DNA of 64,000 bases from Leptolyngbyaceae cyanobacterium (GCA_050331235.1 JBHJHA010000036.1:49621-113620); one strand, 5' to 3'; shown: positions 42,087-53,691, counted from the first letter of the stretch. Notes: generated by a model from the sequence alone, not told the origin. Translations and numbers: made by a program.

Positions 42087-42788
42087 ATGATGCGAAAAAA
42101 TCAATTGCAAAGTTTGCGTCTGCTGGCTGTGGGAGTCGTGATCGCGCTGCTTGCTGGGGTCTCCCTACTGGGCCATCGTCTGCCCGCCCAAGCGGCTAGC
42201 CCAGCGCCTCCCACCGGCAATGAAGTCTGTGCGATCGTCCTGACCATGCCCGATGCCAGCAACACCGATGAGCTTCTGGCTTCTCTCGACACTAGCCGTT
42301 CACAGGTGACGAGCGATCTCATCGCGATGAAGCGCAATATGGAGCAGTATGATGCGGAAGGAGTAGGTTGGCAAAATGCGATCGATGGCTCCAGTGCCCT
42401 GGAACCGCGACCAGGCGCTTGGTTGATCGGCGCATTGCGGATGGCCTGTGAAGCTCCAACCGCTGCCACGGTGACCGGTACCGTGACCTATAACCAGCGT
42501 ATCGCGCTGCCCCCTAATGCGACCTTGGTTGTCACCTTAGAGGATGTCAGCCGAGCCGACGCGCCCTCTCAAGTAATTGCGGGGAAAACCATCCAAACGG
42601 CGGGTCAGCAAGTGCCTATTCCCTTTTCCCTCACCTATGACCCTGCTGAGATCGTTGCCCGAAATCGCTATGTGGTGAGGGCTCAGGTCTTTTACGATGG
42701 GGGGCTCCAGTGGACTAGCACAACGGCTTATCCTGTAATTACCCAGGGCAACGTCACTGAAGTGGAAATCCAAATCGAGCCAATCTAA
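42087..42788 (+). CDS. Exported protein with a C-terminal YbaY/YscW domain
   Basis: VTGTVTY.QRIALPP.A...V.LEDVSRADAP and QVPIPF.L.YDP. Confidence 0.85.
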   Translation: MMRKNQLQSLRLLAVGVVIALLAGVSLLGHRLPAQAASPAPPTGNEVCAIVLTMPDASNTDELLASLDTSRSQVTSDLIAMKRNMEQYDAEGVGWQNAIDGSSALEPRPGAWLIGALRMACEAPTAATVTGTVTYNQRIALPPNATLVVTLEDVSRADAPSQVIAGKTIQTAGQQVPIPFSLTYDPAEIVARNRYVVRAQVFYDGGLQWTSTTAYPVITQGNVTEVEIQIEPI

Positions 42789-42794
42789 CGGCAA

Positions 42795-42829
42795 AAGCCC
42801 CCTGCTTCATCACTTGAAGCAGGGGGCTT
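42795..42829. terminator. Strong hairpin (terminator)
   Basis: AAGCCCCCTGCTTCA-TCACT-TGAAGCAGGGGGCTT, a perfect 15-bp stem just after the YbaY stop. Confidence 0.75.
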
Positions 42830-43029
42830 CGTTCATGACATCTCTGACTGGTCATGCTCAAGCGATCGCGGGCTTACTGATGTTGATTTGACAGCACAAT
42901 CCCCGGTTGACTCACGTGTACAGAGCGAACAAGCACGAGCCACACTTGGCAATGGTCTGCTAAAAGCGCATGGGTCCAAAGCCTCTGCTACTGAGGAGTC
43001 TATAATCGTCAATGGTCTTGAACAAGGCC

Positions 43030-43283
43030 CCATTTTTATCACGGTTTTGGTCTTTTCACCAAGCACCCAGTGGCCCTCACATCCATGCCTGCTGGGTGCT
43101 TGGCCCGCTGGCGTAGCTGCCCACTGCGCTAGAGCTACGCCAGCGGGCCATCCGGGGGGCGGCGTGCTCGTTGCAGCGTTGGCCACACGACTGGCCTCGA
43201 TATCGCTGGATAGAAGCGCCCTCTTTCAGCGTGTCAAAGCCTTGCTTGACGACTTGCTCACTCTGGCAACTAGGGCATTGTAT
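43030..43283 (-). pseudogene. Degenerate IS1-family (InsA-like zinc ribbon/HTH) transposase remnant
   Basis: Minus strand reads (I)QCPSCQSEQVVKQGFDTLKEGASIQRYRGQSCGQR, then frameshifted MARWRSS and GMDVRATG segments; start decayed to ATA and one Cys lost. Confidence 0.6.
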
Positions 43284-43347
43284 GGAGCTGAGCAGGAGGC
43301 CGCTCCTCTACTGTAGCTAGATCCTGATGACGCACCAGTGCCAGGCG

Positions 43348-44643
43348 CTAGCTAAACTTGCTATTTGGCAATGGCTCTAGGTCAAACAAGGTATGGAGGG
43401 CAGTCATGGCCTGCTGGCGCGCTTCAATATCGCGCTGGGCTCGGAGCTGCACCATGGGATCGTGCAATATTTTGTTCACAATGCCCCGTGTCAGCGCCTC
43501 GATCACTTCTCGCTGCTTTTTGTTGCCAAACTCTTCACCCAGGCGCGAGAGGGCTTTTTCGAGCTCCTGCTCACGAATGGACTCGACCTTGCTCCGCAGG
43601 CTGCTGATGGTGAACACAGTGTCGAGCGATCGCCACCAGTCCATAAAAGCGTCCAGTTCTTCTTCTAATAGTCGCTCTGCCTCCATCGCCATTTGGCGGC
43701 GGCTCTCCTGGTTTTGTGCCACCACCGCTTTGAGGTCATCCACATTAAACGCATGCACGTTAGGCAAATCGTTCACGTCAGTATGTACGTTGCGCGGCAC
43801 AGAAATATCGAACAGCATCAGCGTACGTGTCGGCAACAGTACATCCGTCAACCCAGCCTTGTCCAAAATGGGCTCGGTTGATGATGTGCAGGTAAAGACC
43901 ACATCAGAGTTGCAGACGGTCTCCATCATCAGGTCGAGGGTCCCCGTTTGGATACCAGCACCGTTGAACTGGGCTGCCAGCTGATCTGCCCGCTCAATCG
44001 TGCGATTCAAGATGGTGATCTGGCAGGAATCCTTAGACAGCAAATGCTGTACCAGCAGCCGGGCCATTTTGCCCGCACCCAAAATGCTGATACGGCAGGT
44101 TTCGAGGTCCGGCTTTTTCAATTTTGCTAGTTCGGCGGCGGCGGAACTAATCGAAACGGCCCCGGTGCCAATGCTGGTTTCGGTACGGACGCGCTTGCCC
44201 ACCGTAATCGCCTGCTTGAGCAAGCGGTTAAGAATGCGACTAACGCCTTGGTGCTGCTGACCGAGTTTATGGGCGTGCTTGACCTGGGCCAAGATTTGAC
44301 CTTCACCCAGTACCAGGCTGTCGAGCCCAGCCGCCACCCGAAACAGATGCATCACCGCGTCTTGGTGCAGCAGAATGAACAGATGCTGTCGTAGCTCTGG
44401 CAGCGCTACCTTGCTGTAATCGGCCAAAAACTGGATGACCTCTAGCACCCCTTGGTCAGCTTGGTCGCTGGCAATGTGGATCTCCAGGCGGTTGCACGTG
44501 CTGAGAATCGAGACCTCTTCGATGTGAGGATAGCTGAGGAGTTGAGCGATCGCCTCGCCAGTTTGAGGGGTCGGGATGCTGAGCTTTTCCCGAACGTCAA
44601 CAGGGGCGGTTTTATGACTCAAGCCCACAACAGCAATATTCAT
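43348..44643 (-). CDS. hemA: Glutamyl-tRNA reductase
   Basis: [33 protein letters not shown] and DISVPRN; ATG at 44643. Confidence 0.97.
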   Translation of the reverse strand: MNIAVVGLSHKTAPVDVREKLSIPTPQTGEAIAQLLSYPHIEEVSILSTCNRLEIHIASDQADQGVLEVIQFLADYSKVALPELRQHLFILLHQDAVMHLFRVAAGLDSLVLGEGQILAQVKHAHKLGQQHQGVSRILNRLLKQAITVGKRVRTETSIGTGAVSISSAAAELAKLKKPDLETCRISILGAGKMARLLVQHLLSKDSCQITILNRTIERADQLAAQFNGAGIQTGTLDLMMETVCNSDVVFTCTSSTEPILDKAGLTDVLLPTRTLMLFDISVPRNVHTDVNDLPNVHAFNVDDLKAVVAQNQESRRQMAMEAERLLEEELDAFMDWWRSLDTVFTISSLRSKVESIREQELEKALSRLGEEFGNKKQREVIEALTRGIVNKILHDPMVQLRAQRDIEARQQAMTALHTLFDLEPLPNSKFS

Positions 44644-44976
44644 GCGTCCTCCCAAACGAAATAGTTTTATTATCTGCGGATTTTTAAAGCGTCGCCTTAT
44701 CACCAAAATCAAGGCGTATAGCAGGCCGCTTGTTTATAAGCTTTTCTGAAAGTAAAGAAAAAAGGGGATCACCCTCAAGGAATCTCAATAAAAATCTAAC
44801 AAAATCAAGCTTCCGATAATGAACGATGCGCTGCCTGCTAGCCAAAACAAAGCGAGTCAGAGAAGTCCATAGACCTCTCTGACTCCAGCACAAAAATGGC
44901 TGCTTTTGAGCTGTTAAAGATTGAGTAAGACCCGTCAGGTCCCATTACAGCGTCGACGAAATCACACCCGTTGACC

Positions 44977-46017
44977 CTACCTGAGTTGGATAGTAGTGGG
45001 CTTTGGAGGCATGTGGATCGTATCGACAAACCGTGCTGTTTGAGACTGGCTAGAAATCACTAGGCTCTGGGTCCGAGCGCCCCCGTGAAAGAAACGAACG
45101 CCTTCCATGAGGGTGCCGGAGGTGATGCCGCAAGCTGCGAATAAAACGGTTTCGCCAGAGGCCAATTCGTGAGCATCATAGACTTTGTCGGGGTCTTCGA
45201 TGCCCATTTCCTTGAGGCGTGCCACGTTAGACTCTTTACTTTCGCCGATAAGGCCAGTCTTCACCACCGCCGGATCGTAGATTAGCTGACCCTGGAAGTG
45301 ACCGCCCAAGCAGCGCATGGCCGCGGCCGAAATGACTCCCTCAGGGGCTGCACCGATGCCCATCAGCGCATGGGTATTGGTGCCAGCAAAACCACAGGAA
45401 ATGGCGGCCGAGACATCACCGTCGCTAATCAAGCGAACCCGAGCGCCAGCCTCACGAATCTCTTTGATCAAGTCGTTGTGGCGATCGCGCTTCATGACGA
45501 CGACGACGAGCTCATCGATGGCGCGATCTAAGCACTCAGACAAGATTTTAAGGTTCTCTGTGGGAGACTTTGTGATATCAACTTTCCCCTTAGCCGCCGC
45601 CGGTGCTGCTAACTTGTTCATGTAAAAATCAGGAGCATGGAACAGACCCCCCTTTTCTGAGATCGCTAGCACGGCCATCGAGCCTGGCTGCCCGTAGGCA
45701 CAGAGGTTGGTCCCTTCACACGGATCGACAGCAATGTCAATTTCGATCAGCTCGTCGGGGTTGCAATACTTGGCCGCATCTTCCTGCGTACAGATTCCCA
45801 CTTCCTCGCCGATGTAAAGCATGGGCGCATCGTCACGCTCACCTTCACCAATGACAATGCGACCACGCATGTGAATCTCGTTCATGCGCTCCCGCATTGC
45901 TTCCACCGCTACCTGGTCAGCAGTATCTTTCTCGCCTTTGCCCATCCAGCGAGCAGATGCAATGGCTGCTTTTTCGACAACTTCAATAATCTCTAAACCT
46001 AGTGTTGTTTCTAACAC
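44977..46017 (-). CDS. glpX: Class II fructose-1,6-/sedoheptulose-1,7-bisphosphatase
   Basis: [27 protein letters not shown] and GIGAAPEG. Confidence 0.97.
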   Translation of the reverse strand: MLETTLGLEIIEVVEKAAIASARWMGKGEKDTADQVAVEAMRERMNEIHMRGRIVIGEGERDDAPMLYIGEEVGICTQEDAAKYCNPDELIEIDIAVDPCEGTNLCAYGQPGSMAVLAISEKGGLFHAPDFYMNKLAAPAAAKGKVDITKSPTENLKILSECLDRAIDELVVVVMKRDRHNDLIKEIREAGARVRLISDGDVSAAISCGFAGTNTHALMGIGAAPEGVISAAAMRCLGGHFQGQLIYDPAVVKTGLIGESKESNVARLKEMGIEDPDKVYDAHELASGETVLFAACGITSGTLMEGVRFFHGGARTQSLVISSQSQTARFVDTIHMPPKPTTIQLR

Positions 46018-46236
46018 GGTTTGTAACCTCCAAAACTGCTGATATTACGTGGGTCTGACCAGATCGATCTCAGTTCCTCAGTAGTCTATCAGAGGAGGGG
46101 ATCTGGGGATAGTAGGCGACTCCGCGACGTCAAACAGTGCGCGTAGAACAATTCACTAAGGTTACGAAGAACAAGCAAACCACATTCATTAGAAGCGTTG
46201 TCGAAGTAACGGGAACGGGCAGCGCGATCGCCTCTG

Positions 46237-48300
46237 CTACCAGCCCCAAGGATTTTCGGGCGGATCCTGAAACGTCAAGGGGCAGGGACCCTGTGCCTCG
46301 GCTTCAGCGAGTAGGGCGACCATGTGGGGCACGGGGCGTGGTGTATAGTCCACCAGCGACTCACCGTCGTAGGCCAATGACGTGCTCGCCCCAGAATCGA
46401 CCATAATGGCATCGCGGAATCCTACTTGGTGCAGCAGTTCCCCTAAACCGACCGAGTCAATCCGGCCTTTGGTGACACCAATGACTGGCTGACCGGCATT
46501 GTTGATGCCCCAAAAGGCCCGGTGACGGTTTGCTTCAAAGTCAAACAGCGTCCCAAAAGAAGCCGGCGACTGCGCCTCCCCATCGCGGACGAGCCAGGCG
46601 GCCCCTACAAAAGCATCGGTAACGTCGGACATCTCCGCTTGGATACCCTGCAGCGTATTGTGCTTAGCGTGATCAAACGGCACAAACTTCACCTCGTCAG
46701 GGCTGATCAGGGCCAGCGGCCGGGTGTCTAGTAGCGGATTTTCGCTCGGGTTGCCCGGCACAAAGGTCTGGGTGGCCTGACTCAGCACCGGGCCGATCAT
46801 GACATTGGAGTCGAGATATCTAAGATTAAAAAAGGCTCCGTCTACGGCTGCCTCGGCGTTGGTGCGCGCGAGGATATCGACTAGCTGATAGCGACTATCG
46901 GCATGGACCGTGGCCGGTCGCCCTCCGGTAATCAACGCTAGCGGCACCGCCTCAGTTTCTAGCCGTTCAATCACCCGTACAGGGGAGTAAAAGTCAAACG
47001 TATTGCGGCTCACAATGGGAATCGCTAAACCTTCCCAAGCATCGGGAATCACCGCCTCTAGCTGCGATTGGCCAAAGCGGCCAATACTCAGTAGGTCGTC
47101 GGACTCGCCGGCAAACCACTCCTCATAATTGCTCATGGTCAGCGCTGCATCGAAACCAGCGGCGGCGACCACATCGGCAACCCGTTCGTCATAGTTGCCT
47201 TCAGGGTAGGTAAAGTAGCGAATCGGAATGCCGAGTTGCTCCTCCAATCTGGCCTTGGACTCAAATACCTCGCGCTGCAGTTCGGCGTCGTCAAGCTCCG
47301 TGAGATCGCGGGGATGCATAACACTGTGGGCGGCGATCGTAATTAGTGGATCAGCGGCCATTTCTTGGGCCTGCTCCCAAGTCACCGTTGAGCGACCGGC
47401 AATCTCCCCGTCTAGTTTGCCTGTGAACAGAGAGAAAACAGCGGGATACTGATACTCCTTGAGCAACGGATACACATGGGTGTAGTGTCCCTCGTAGCCA
47501 TCGTCAAAGGTCAGCAGCACGGGCTTTGGGGGTAGCGGTGAGCCAGTGCGGAGATGGTCATAGAGCTGGTCGAAGGAAATTGGTGTCAGCCCTTCTTCTT
47601 TGATGCGACTGAGATGCTCGGCGAATTCCTCAACGGTGACATCAAAAAAAACTTCCTTTTCCGCCAGGATGTCGTGGTACATCAGCACCGGCACCCGAGC
47701 CAGACGCGCCGATTCATGAATATTGGGCCAGGGTTCAGCTTGAAACTGACTAGTGAATTTCGGGTTGACTCCGCTTCTGAGCCCCGCTAGGGCAGGACTT
47801 GTTAATCCCGGCTCCACGCTTGAGGCACTCGATACTGAGTCGGCCTGGGGGGCTGCGGGAGCCATACATAGATAACTAGCCGATATTTCTCCCGGGAAGG
47901 CTCCTAACCCTCGAGTGCTCATGGCCTGAGCAGTGGGGCCGAGACCGCTGGTTTGGGCGATCGCCAAAGCGGTTTGCTCCCCTGGCAAAAACCCTTGGAG
48001 GTCAAAATTCAAGCTTTCAAAATTTAGGCTCTCAACGCCATTTTCTAACGTTAAGCGCGGGCTCAAGGTAAAGGCCGCCGAAGCTGCCGCGCCAAAAATA
48101 AAGCAGCAAGCGCCAATTTTGGCTAGTAGAGCGGTCTTTGAGCGAGGCGCTTGGTCAGAGGTTACAGCCGCCAATGCTGAGTCCGTTTTGACGATCGCTG
48201 TGGGCGTCGGAATACCTGGGGATTGAGCTTCAGAAACTGGCTCGGCCCCAGTTTGCTGCTCTGACTGATCTAATGGTTTATCCATAGATGTGGCGCTCAC
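46237..48300 (-). CDS. Polysaccharide deacetylase (NodB) domain protein with a C-terminal phosphodiester-glycosidase-like domain
   Basis: VPVLMYH, LTFDDGY, HS..H and YP.G; C-terminal RHRAFWG and DSGAST. Confidence 0.85.
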   Translation of the reverse strand: MSATSMDKPLDQSEQQTGAEPVSEAQSPGIPTPTAIVKTDSALAAVTSDQAPRSKTALLAKIGACCFIFGAAASAAFTLSPRLTLENGVESLNFESLNFDLQGFLPGEQTALAIAQTSGLGPTAQAMSTRGLGAFPGEISASYLCMAPAAPQADSVSSASSVEPGLTSPALAGLRSGVNPKFTSQFQAEPWPNIHESARLARVPVLMYHDILAEKEVFFDVTVEEFAEHLSRIKEEGLTPISFDQLYDHLRTGSPLPPKPVLLTFDDGYEGHYTHVYPLLKEYQYPAVFSLFTGKLDGEIAGRSTVTWEQAQEMAADPLITIAAHSVMHPRDLTELDDAELQREVFESKARLEEQLGIPIRYFTYPEGNYDERVADVVAAAGFDAALTMSNYEEWFAGESDDLLSIGRFGQSQLEAVIPDAWEGLAIPIVSRNTFDFYSPVRVIERLETEAVPLALITGGRPATVHADSRYQLVDILARTNAEAAVDGAFFNLRYLDSNVMIGPVLSQATQTFVPGNPSENPLLDTRPLALISPDEVKFVPFDHAKHNTLQGIQAEMSDVTDAFVGAAWLVRDGEAQSPASFGTLFDFEANRHRAFWGINNAGQPVIGVTKGRIDSVGLGELLHQVGFRDAIMVDSGASTSLAYDGESLVDYTPRPVPHMVALLAEAEAQGPCPLTFQDPPENPWGW

Positions 48301-48375
48301 TCACCCAACTAAATCTTTGCTGTGCTTATTTAAGCAAACATTATGCAGAAGGCTCCGGCTTTTTTCGCTAAAAAG

Positions 48376-48406
48376 TAGCCACTTTTTAGTTAAGGAAAAG
48401 TGGCTA
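48376..48406 (-). terminator. Intrinsic terminator after the DUF1997 gene
   Basis: TAGCCACTTTT-N9-AAAAGTGGCTA with a T-run following on the minus strand. Confidence 0.55.
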
Positions 48407-48455
48407 AAAACTTAACCTGGTTTCAATATTCAAGGGGGCTTTGCCAGTCAAAGAA

Positions 48456-49046
48456 TTAGCTATCGGCGAGGGACGCTGACGATGGAGCAGCCGTCATCAC
48501 CGGCGATCGCCTTTCAGCCGCTTGTTGCCGACTCCAGCGCTCATAGTCGGTGGCCAGCTGTCGCAGCAGCCGCTGTTTAATAGTGTTGAGCACCCCGCGC
48601 AAAATTTGGTTGCCCGTAGTCTCTAAGAGGGGGTGTGGAGTCATCGCCAGCACTGGCGGCAGGCCGACCTCGATTTTTAAGTCCACGTAGCCGTCGAGAT
48701 CAGTCGTTTGCGCTTGTTCATCGAGTCGCAGCTGCCCCGACAAGTCGAGGGCAAACTGACGATCAACAAACTCATTGCCCTTAATCTCGCACCCCACTGA
48801 CTGTACAGTCACTAGGCCGTCCTGGCGGACATCAATTTGCAAGTCAACCACGGGGAGAATATTCAGCATCAAAAACTGAAATCCTCGTAGGTGAAACCGA
48901 AACGTGTCATGACTAAGCTCATCCACTTGCTCCGGGTTCATGAGCGCATGAACCAACCGTCGAGGTTGCTTGAGATAGTGACGTAAAGGCACAGAACGTC
49001 GAGCGATCTGCATCTTTGCAGTCTGATGAGAGGAGAGACGGAGCAT
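48456..49046 (-). CDS. DUF1997-family protein
   Basis: HYL.QP.RLV.AL, P.VDL, L..TGN..L..VL..IKQRL..QL..DY..W. Confidence 0.8.
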   Translation of the reverse strand: MLRLSSHQTAKMQIARRSVPLRHYLKQPRRLVHALMNPEQVDELSHDTFRFHLRGFQFLMLNILPVVDLQIDVRQDGLVTVQSVGCEIKGNEFVDRQFALDLSGQLRLDEQAQTTDLDGYVDLKIEVGLPPVLAMTPHPLLETTGNQILRGVLNTIKQRLLRQLATDYERWSRQQAAERRSPVMTAAPSSASLADS

Positions 49047-49411
49047 GGAGAGGAACTACGGGAGAAAACGCTAAGAGAGGCGCCATTTGCCAGGCAAAAG
49101 TATGCCTATTATGCCGTGCAAATACGGACCTATTAGTCTTCACGTTAACACCTATTAACATTTATGTTGGCAACTATTCAGGACAGCCACTGTGTTTTTA
49201 CGGTGCGGGGTAGAGTCTTGCTCAGCTAGGCTCTGTCACGAGGGAGTAATAGGACTCTAATGAGGGAGCGATCGCACCGACACTTCCCAGCCTTTAAAGC
49301 TGGCTTGGTGATGCGAGGTGACCGTCGCTCACAGGACAGAAAATGTTGAGCGGACCTCAAGGCTTTCGCTTACTGTTGAGGATGAAATCGCCGGCTTAAA
49401 ACCTACGCACT

Positions 49412-50272
49412 ATGGCTGTCACGATCGCCCATCTCGGACCGAAGGGGACCTTTTCTGAACAAGCTGCTCTGCGTTATGAAAATTGGCTGCAGCAGCATCA
49501 CCAAGAAACTACGACGCGGGTCGCTTACCCCAGTATTTTGCAAGCAATTCAAGCGGTGGATGATGATGCCGTAACCATCGCCATCGTTCCTGTGGAAAAC
49601 TCTATTGAGGGAAGTGTCGCTGTTACCTTAGACACCCTCTGGCAGCGGTCAGCCCTGCAGATTCAGCAGGCATTGGTATTGCCCATTCGGCATACCTTAA
49701 TTACCTATGCCCCAACGGTGGACCAAATACAGACAGTCTATTCGCATCCCCAAGCCCTGGGCCAATGCCAGCAGTGGTTGGCCCGCCATTGTTCTCAGGC
49801 GACACTCGTGCCCAGCCGCTCAACTACCGAATCCTTAGAGCATCTGAAAGATGCCCCGGCGATCGCGACCATTGCTTCTGAATGGGCGGCTGATTTATAT
49901 GATTTACCCGTTTTAGCTCGCAGCATCAACGATCAGCCGGACAACTGCACTAAATTCTGGGTTTTGGGCAAAGCGCCGACCTCCCGCGGACAACATACGT
50001 CCCTGGCCCTGAGTCTGCCGGTCAATGCGCCTGGAGCCTTGTTGCGACCTTTGGAAATATTTGCCCAAGCCAAAATCAACCTCAGTCGCATTGAGTCTCG
50101 ACCAACGAAGCGATCGCTCGGCGAATATCTCTTCTTTTTAGATTTGGAAGCCAGTCTTGAGTCACCTCATACCCAAGAGACGCTGCAATCTCTGACGAGC
50201 TGTACCGAAACGATTAAACTCTTTGGCTGCTACAACACCATCTTGGATCCGGCAATGGCTACGATGGCTTAA
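49412..50272 (+). CDS. pheA: Prephenate dehydratase
   Basis: LGPKGTFSE, PVENSIEGSV, SHPQALGQC and ACT domain NLSRIESRP. Confidence 0.96.
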   Translation: MAVTIAHLGPKGTFSEQAALRYENWLQQHHQETTTRVAYPSILQAIQAVDDDAVTIAIVPVENSIEGSVAVTLDTLWQRSALQIQQALVLPIRHTLITYAPTVDQIQTVYSHPQALGQCQQWLARHCSQATLVPSRSTTESLEHLKDAPAIATIASEWAADLYDLPVLARSINDQPDNCTKFWVLGKAPTSRGQHTSLALSLPVNAPGALLRPLEIFAQAKINLSRIESRPTKRSLGEYLFFLDLEASLESPHTQETLQSLTSCTETIKLFGCYNTILDPAMATMA

Positions 50273-50451
50273 TTTCCAAGAAGATGTCCCCCGGGGCAAA
50301 GCCTTCTCCAAAAACTGGCAGTCGATTTTCGCAAAAACATCCGGAGCAGCCACCCCAGTGAATGTAAAGCGCCTATGAAGAGACCCGGACCTTTATGAAG
50401 GACCTTCGTTGATCTAGTCAAAGATCCAATCAAATCAGGAGGTTTCTGACC

Positions 50452-51129
50452 GTGAACAACTTCAGGACTGTTCCTATGTCAGCTACCAAAGTGTCACATT
50501 TACCGAGCACAGCCTACGCAATTTCCGAGGTTGCGACTGTAGACTCCCTTGACTCGCAGGGATGTCTACCTCATCAAGTTTTTATGCAAAGCCAAGTCAT
50601 TGACACTCAAGCTGCCGCTACCTTGCGGGCTGCCAGCGGTTCACCGGCTAGTTTCCCCGCCCCCGCTGCGGCGCTAGCCTCTACGTGGTCTTGCCTACCG
50701 ATTCAAACCCTGAGTAATTTTGAGCCCGTTGATCGCCAGTTTGCGCCGCAGCAGGTGTGCTTTGAATCAACGATCGCCCTACGCCCTTCCAACCCCCATT
50801 TTCAAGCGGAGGCCACTGCCCTGACCCTGATGGCCCATGCCCCTCGCTCGGGGCTAAAAATCACCCTGGGCCAAGCGATTATCGAAATTGACTTTGGCTA
50901 CATCAGTACGGCACCGCTCACCATCTCGTGCCTAGATGCCGATGGCCACTGTGTCGCGATCGCCCAAGGGCCCAGTGCCCCCTCGATCAACATTGCCAAC
51001 GACACAGCCGCTGGTGTCTACGATGTTCAAGGGCTGATGCTCAACACCTTAGCCGTTCGAACTCTGCGCATCGATTCGGCTGCTCCATTTGTCTTGACTC
51101 GCTTTTGGGTCAAACCGGCGACCGGTTGA
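50452..51129 (+). CDS. Hypothetical protein
   Basis: 225-aa ORF with GGAGG upstream of the GTG; no motif recognised. Confidence 0.6.
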   Translation: MNNFRTVPMSATKVSHLPSTAYAISEVATVDSLDSQGCLPHQVFMQSQVIDTQAAATLRAASGSPASFPAPAAALASTWSCLPIQTLSNFEPVDRQFAPQQVCFESTIALRPSNPHFQAEATALTLMAHAPRSGLKITLGQAIIEIDFGYISTAPLTISCLDADGHCVAIAQGPSAPSINIANDTAAGVYDVQGLMLNTLAVRTLRIDSAAPFVLTRFWVKPATG

Positions 51130-51553
51130 TCGCAATCGCTATAGCCTCCATAACCCTGCTGACCTACCGCAGTCTCGCTGCACTCGGAATTTAGGTCGGC
51201 TGGGTGTACTCGTTGTGTTGTTGGTCGCTGGCGCTTGGTGGAGCCTCAACCGTCTTGAAATATCTCTGATCCTCCGGTCAAGCCTGCCCAGGGCACTCGG
51301 CGCTCGACATCACGATGGCGTTGAGCAAAATCCGCTTCCTGAGGAATAGACCGGCGATCGCCGGCACCAAAAAAAAGTCTTGTAAATAACCATTCTCAGC
51401 GGTGACTTTTACTGGGGATCCAGTGCTAAGATAACTCTATTCACCTAAAACCCGACCGGGTTACCGGACAATCTGCTTGATTGGCCAAATTAGTTGTGGT
51501 AGCACGGTCATTTTGGTCGCATAAATCCAGCGAAATCTTACTTTCTCCCTCCT

Positions 51554-53506
51554 ATGGTTCAGACTCCGATTAGATCTCAATCCTCGTCTCAGTCAGGTTC
51601 AGAGCGTAAAGTCTCCAAGCTGGAAGGCATTAAAGAAAACAGCAACTTTTTACGGGAGCCGCTAGCGACAGAGTTGCATCAGCCAACAACTCATTTTACT
51701 GATGCCGCTGTTCAAATCTTGAAATTTCACGGTTCTTATCAGCAAGATAACCGCGATAATCGAGCCAAGGGGCAGGAAAAGGACTACCGGATGATGCTGC
51801 GGACACGCAATCCGGGTGGCTTCATTCCCCCAGAGCTGTATCTGGCGCTAGATGACCTGAGCGATCGCTACGGCTACGGCCACCTGCGGGCCACGACCCG
51901 CCAGGGCATTCAGCTCCACGGCATTTTGAAGGAAAACCTCCAGGCCACGATCACTGAAATTATCAAAAATATGGGTTCCACCCTAGGGGCCTGTGGCGAT
52001 CTCAACCGCAATGTCATGGCCCCGCCAGCTCCCTTTAAGGATAAGCCGGAATATGTGATTGCGCGTGAATATGCCGACAAGATTGCGGATCTCCTCCGCC
52101 CCCAAACTGAAGCCTATTACGAGATCTGGCTAGATGGCGAAAAGGCTGTCACCGTCGAAGAAGATCCGACGGTGGTGGCAGCGCGACAGCGTAATGGGAA
52201 CGGCACCATCTTTCACGACAGCCGGGAGCCGATTTATGGCACCCACTATATGCCGCGCAAGTTCAAAATGGCGGTGACGGTGCCCGGCGACAACTCCATT
52301 GATGCCTACACCCACGATGTCACCCTAGTGGTGATGACGAATAAAAATGGCGAACTGCAAGGCTTCAATATTCTGGCTGGTGGCGGCATGGGCCGGACCC
52401 ATAATAAGGAGGAAACTTTTGCTCGCATCGCTGATGAGATTGGCTACGTTGACCAAGCAGATGTCTTTGACGTGGTTAAGGCGATCGTGGCGACCCAACG
52501 GGACTACGGCGATCGCTTTAATCGTCGTCACGCTCGTATGAAATATTTGCTGCAAGACTGGGGCGTCGACAAGTTTCGAGCCCAGGTCGAGAGCTATCTG
52601 GGTAAGCCCTTGGAGCCCTACAAAAAGCTGCCTGCTTGGAAGTTTGAAGACTATCTGGGTTGGTACGAACAGGGGGATGGCAAGTGGTTTGTTGGCGTCA
52701 ATATTAATAACGGCCGCATCTACGATGATGGCACCTTTAAGCTCCGCAGTGCCCTGCGGACTATTGTTGAGCGGTTTCATGTGCCGATGCGCCTCACCGC
52801 TAATCACAACGTTGTCCTTTATGAGATCAAGCCGGACGATAAAGCGGCCATCCAGGCCATTTTGGACGAGCACGGCATTGACCGGCCGGATGACGTTGAC
52901 CTCATGGTGCGCCATGCTATGGCTTGCCCAGCTTTGCCCATGTGTGGTTTGGCTGTAACCGAGTCAGAGCGAATCATTCCCGAGGTATTGAACCGAGTGC
53001 GGGCGCTAATTAATCGAGTAGGCTTGCAGGATGAACATTTTGTGGTGCGAATGACGGGCTGCCCCAATGGCTGTGCACGTCCTTACATGGCTGAGTTGGG
53101 GTTTGTCGGCAGCGCTCCTGATAGCTATCAGGTCTGGCTCGGCGGCTCACCCAACCAAACTCGTTTGGCCCAGACCTACACCGAGCGAATGCACATCAAC
53201 GACTTGGAAACTTTCCTGGAACCGCTATTTGTTTTCTTTCGCGATCACCGTCGCGTGGGTGAAAGCTTTGGCGATTTTTGCGATCGCGTCACCTTTGATG
53301 CCCTGCGCAAGTTTTCGGCGGGCTATGACTCAGCGACCTACAAGCCGCGGAAAAAAGATCAACGCCACCGCATCGGTGTATATAGCGACACCTATGAGTT
53401 GCTAAAGGTCGCGACTGAGAAAGAAGGTCGGCCGATGTCGCAGATTACTGCAGACGCAATTCAGGCGTATGTGGCTCAATATCTCAACGAGACTGACAAC
53501 GACTAA
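51554..53506 (+). CDS. sir: Ferredoxin-dependent sulfite reductase
   Basis: [35 protein letters not shown] and [10 protein letters not shown] (sirohaem/4Fe-4S ligands). Confidence 0.96.
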   Translation: MVQTPIRSQSSSQSGSERKVSKLEGIKENSNFLREPLATELHQPTTHFTDAAVQILKFHGSYQQDNRDNRAKGQEKDYRMMLRTRNPGGFIPPELYLALDDLSDRYGYGHLRATTRQGIQLHGILKENLQATITEIIKNMGSTLGACGDLNRNVMAPPAPFKDKPEYVIAREYADKIADLLRPQTEAYYEIWLDGEKAVTVEEDPTVVAARQRNGNGTIFHDSREPIYGTHYMPRKFKMAVTVPGDNSIDAYTHDVTLVVMTNKNGELQGFNILAGGGMGRTHNKEETFARIADEIGYVDQADVFDVVKAIVATQRDYGDRFNRRHARMKYLLQDWGVDKFRAQVESYLGKPLEPYKKLPAWKFEDYLGWYEQGDGKWFVGVNINNGRIYDDGTFKLRSALRTIVERFHVPMRLTANHNVVLYEIKPDDKAAIQAILDEHGIDRPDDVDLMVRHAMACPALPMCGLAVTESERIIPEVLNRVRALINRVGLQDEHFVVRMTGCPNGCARPYMAELGFVGSAPDSYQVWLGGSPNQTRLAQTYTERMHINDLETFLEPLFVFFRDHRRVGESFGDFCDRVTFDALRKFSAGYDSATYKPRKKDQRHRIGVYSDTYELLKVATEKEGRPMSQITADAIQAYVAQYLNETDND

Positions 53507-53653
53507 CGACCCCGATCACCAAGGATGAAATCGGTCCCAGCCTCCTCCACGTCAGTGATTTAACACTTTGCGTGGGGGATTTTAGTCTGTGCGGTATCTC
53601 TACATAGCGCTTGAGCTCCCTTTGGTGGCGAGCAAAAACGTTAAGGCTCCTAC

Positions 53654-53691
53654 TAGCCATGTTCCCTGGCGATCGCCAGGGAACATGGCTA
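53654..53691. repeat. Perfect 38-bp palindrome centred on HIP1
   Basis: TAGCCATGTTCCCTGGCGA|TCGCCAGGGAACATGGCTA with no spacer. Confidence 0.95.

Noticed and set aside
42833..43316. ORFs of 117 aa (minus) and 142 aa (plus)
   Set aside because: Shadow frames over a decayed IS1-like remnant and a terminator.
51449..51468. Imperfect inverted repeat upstream of sir as a sulfur-regulator site
   Set aside because: Only partial symmetry and a single instance; not supportable without comparative data.
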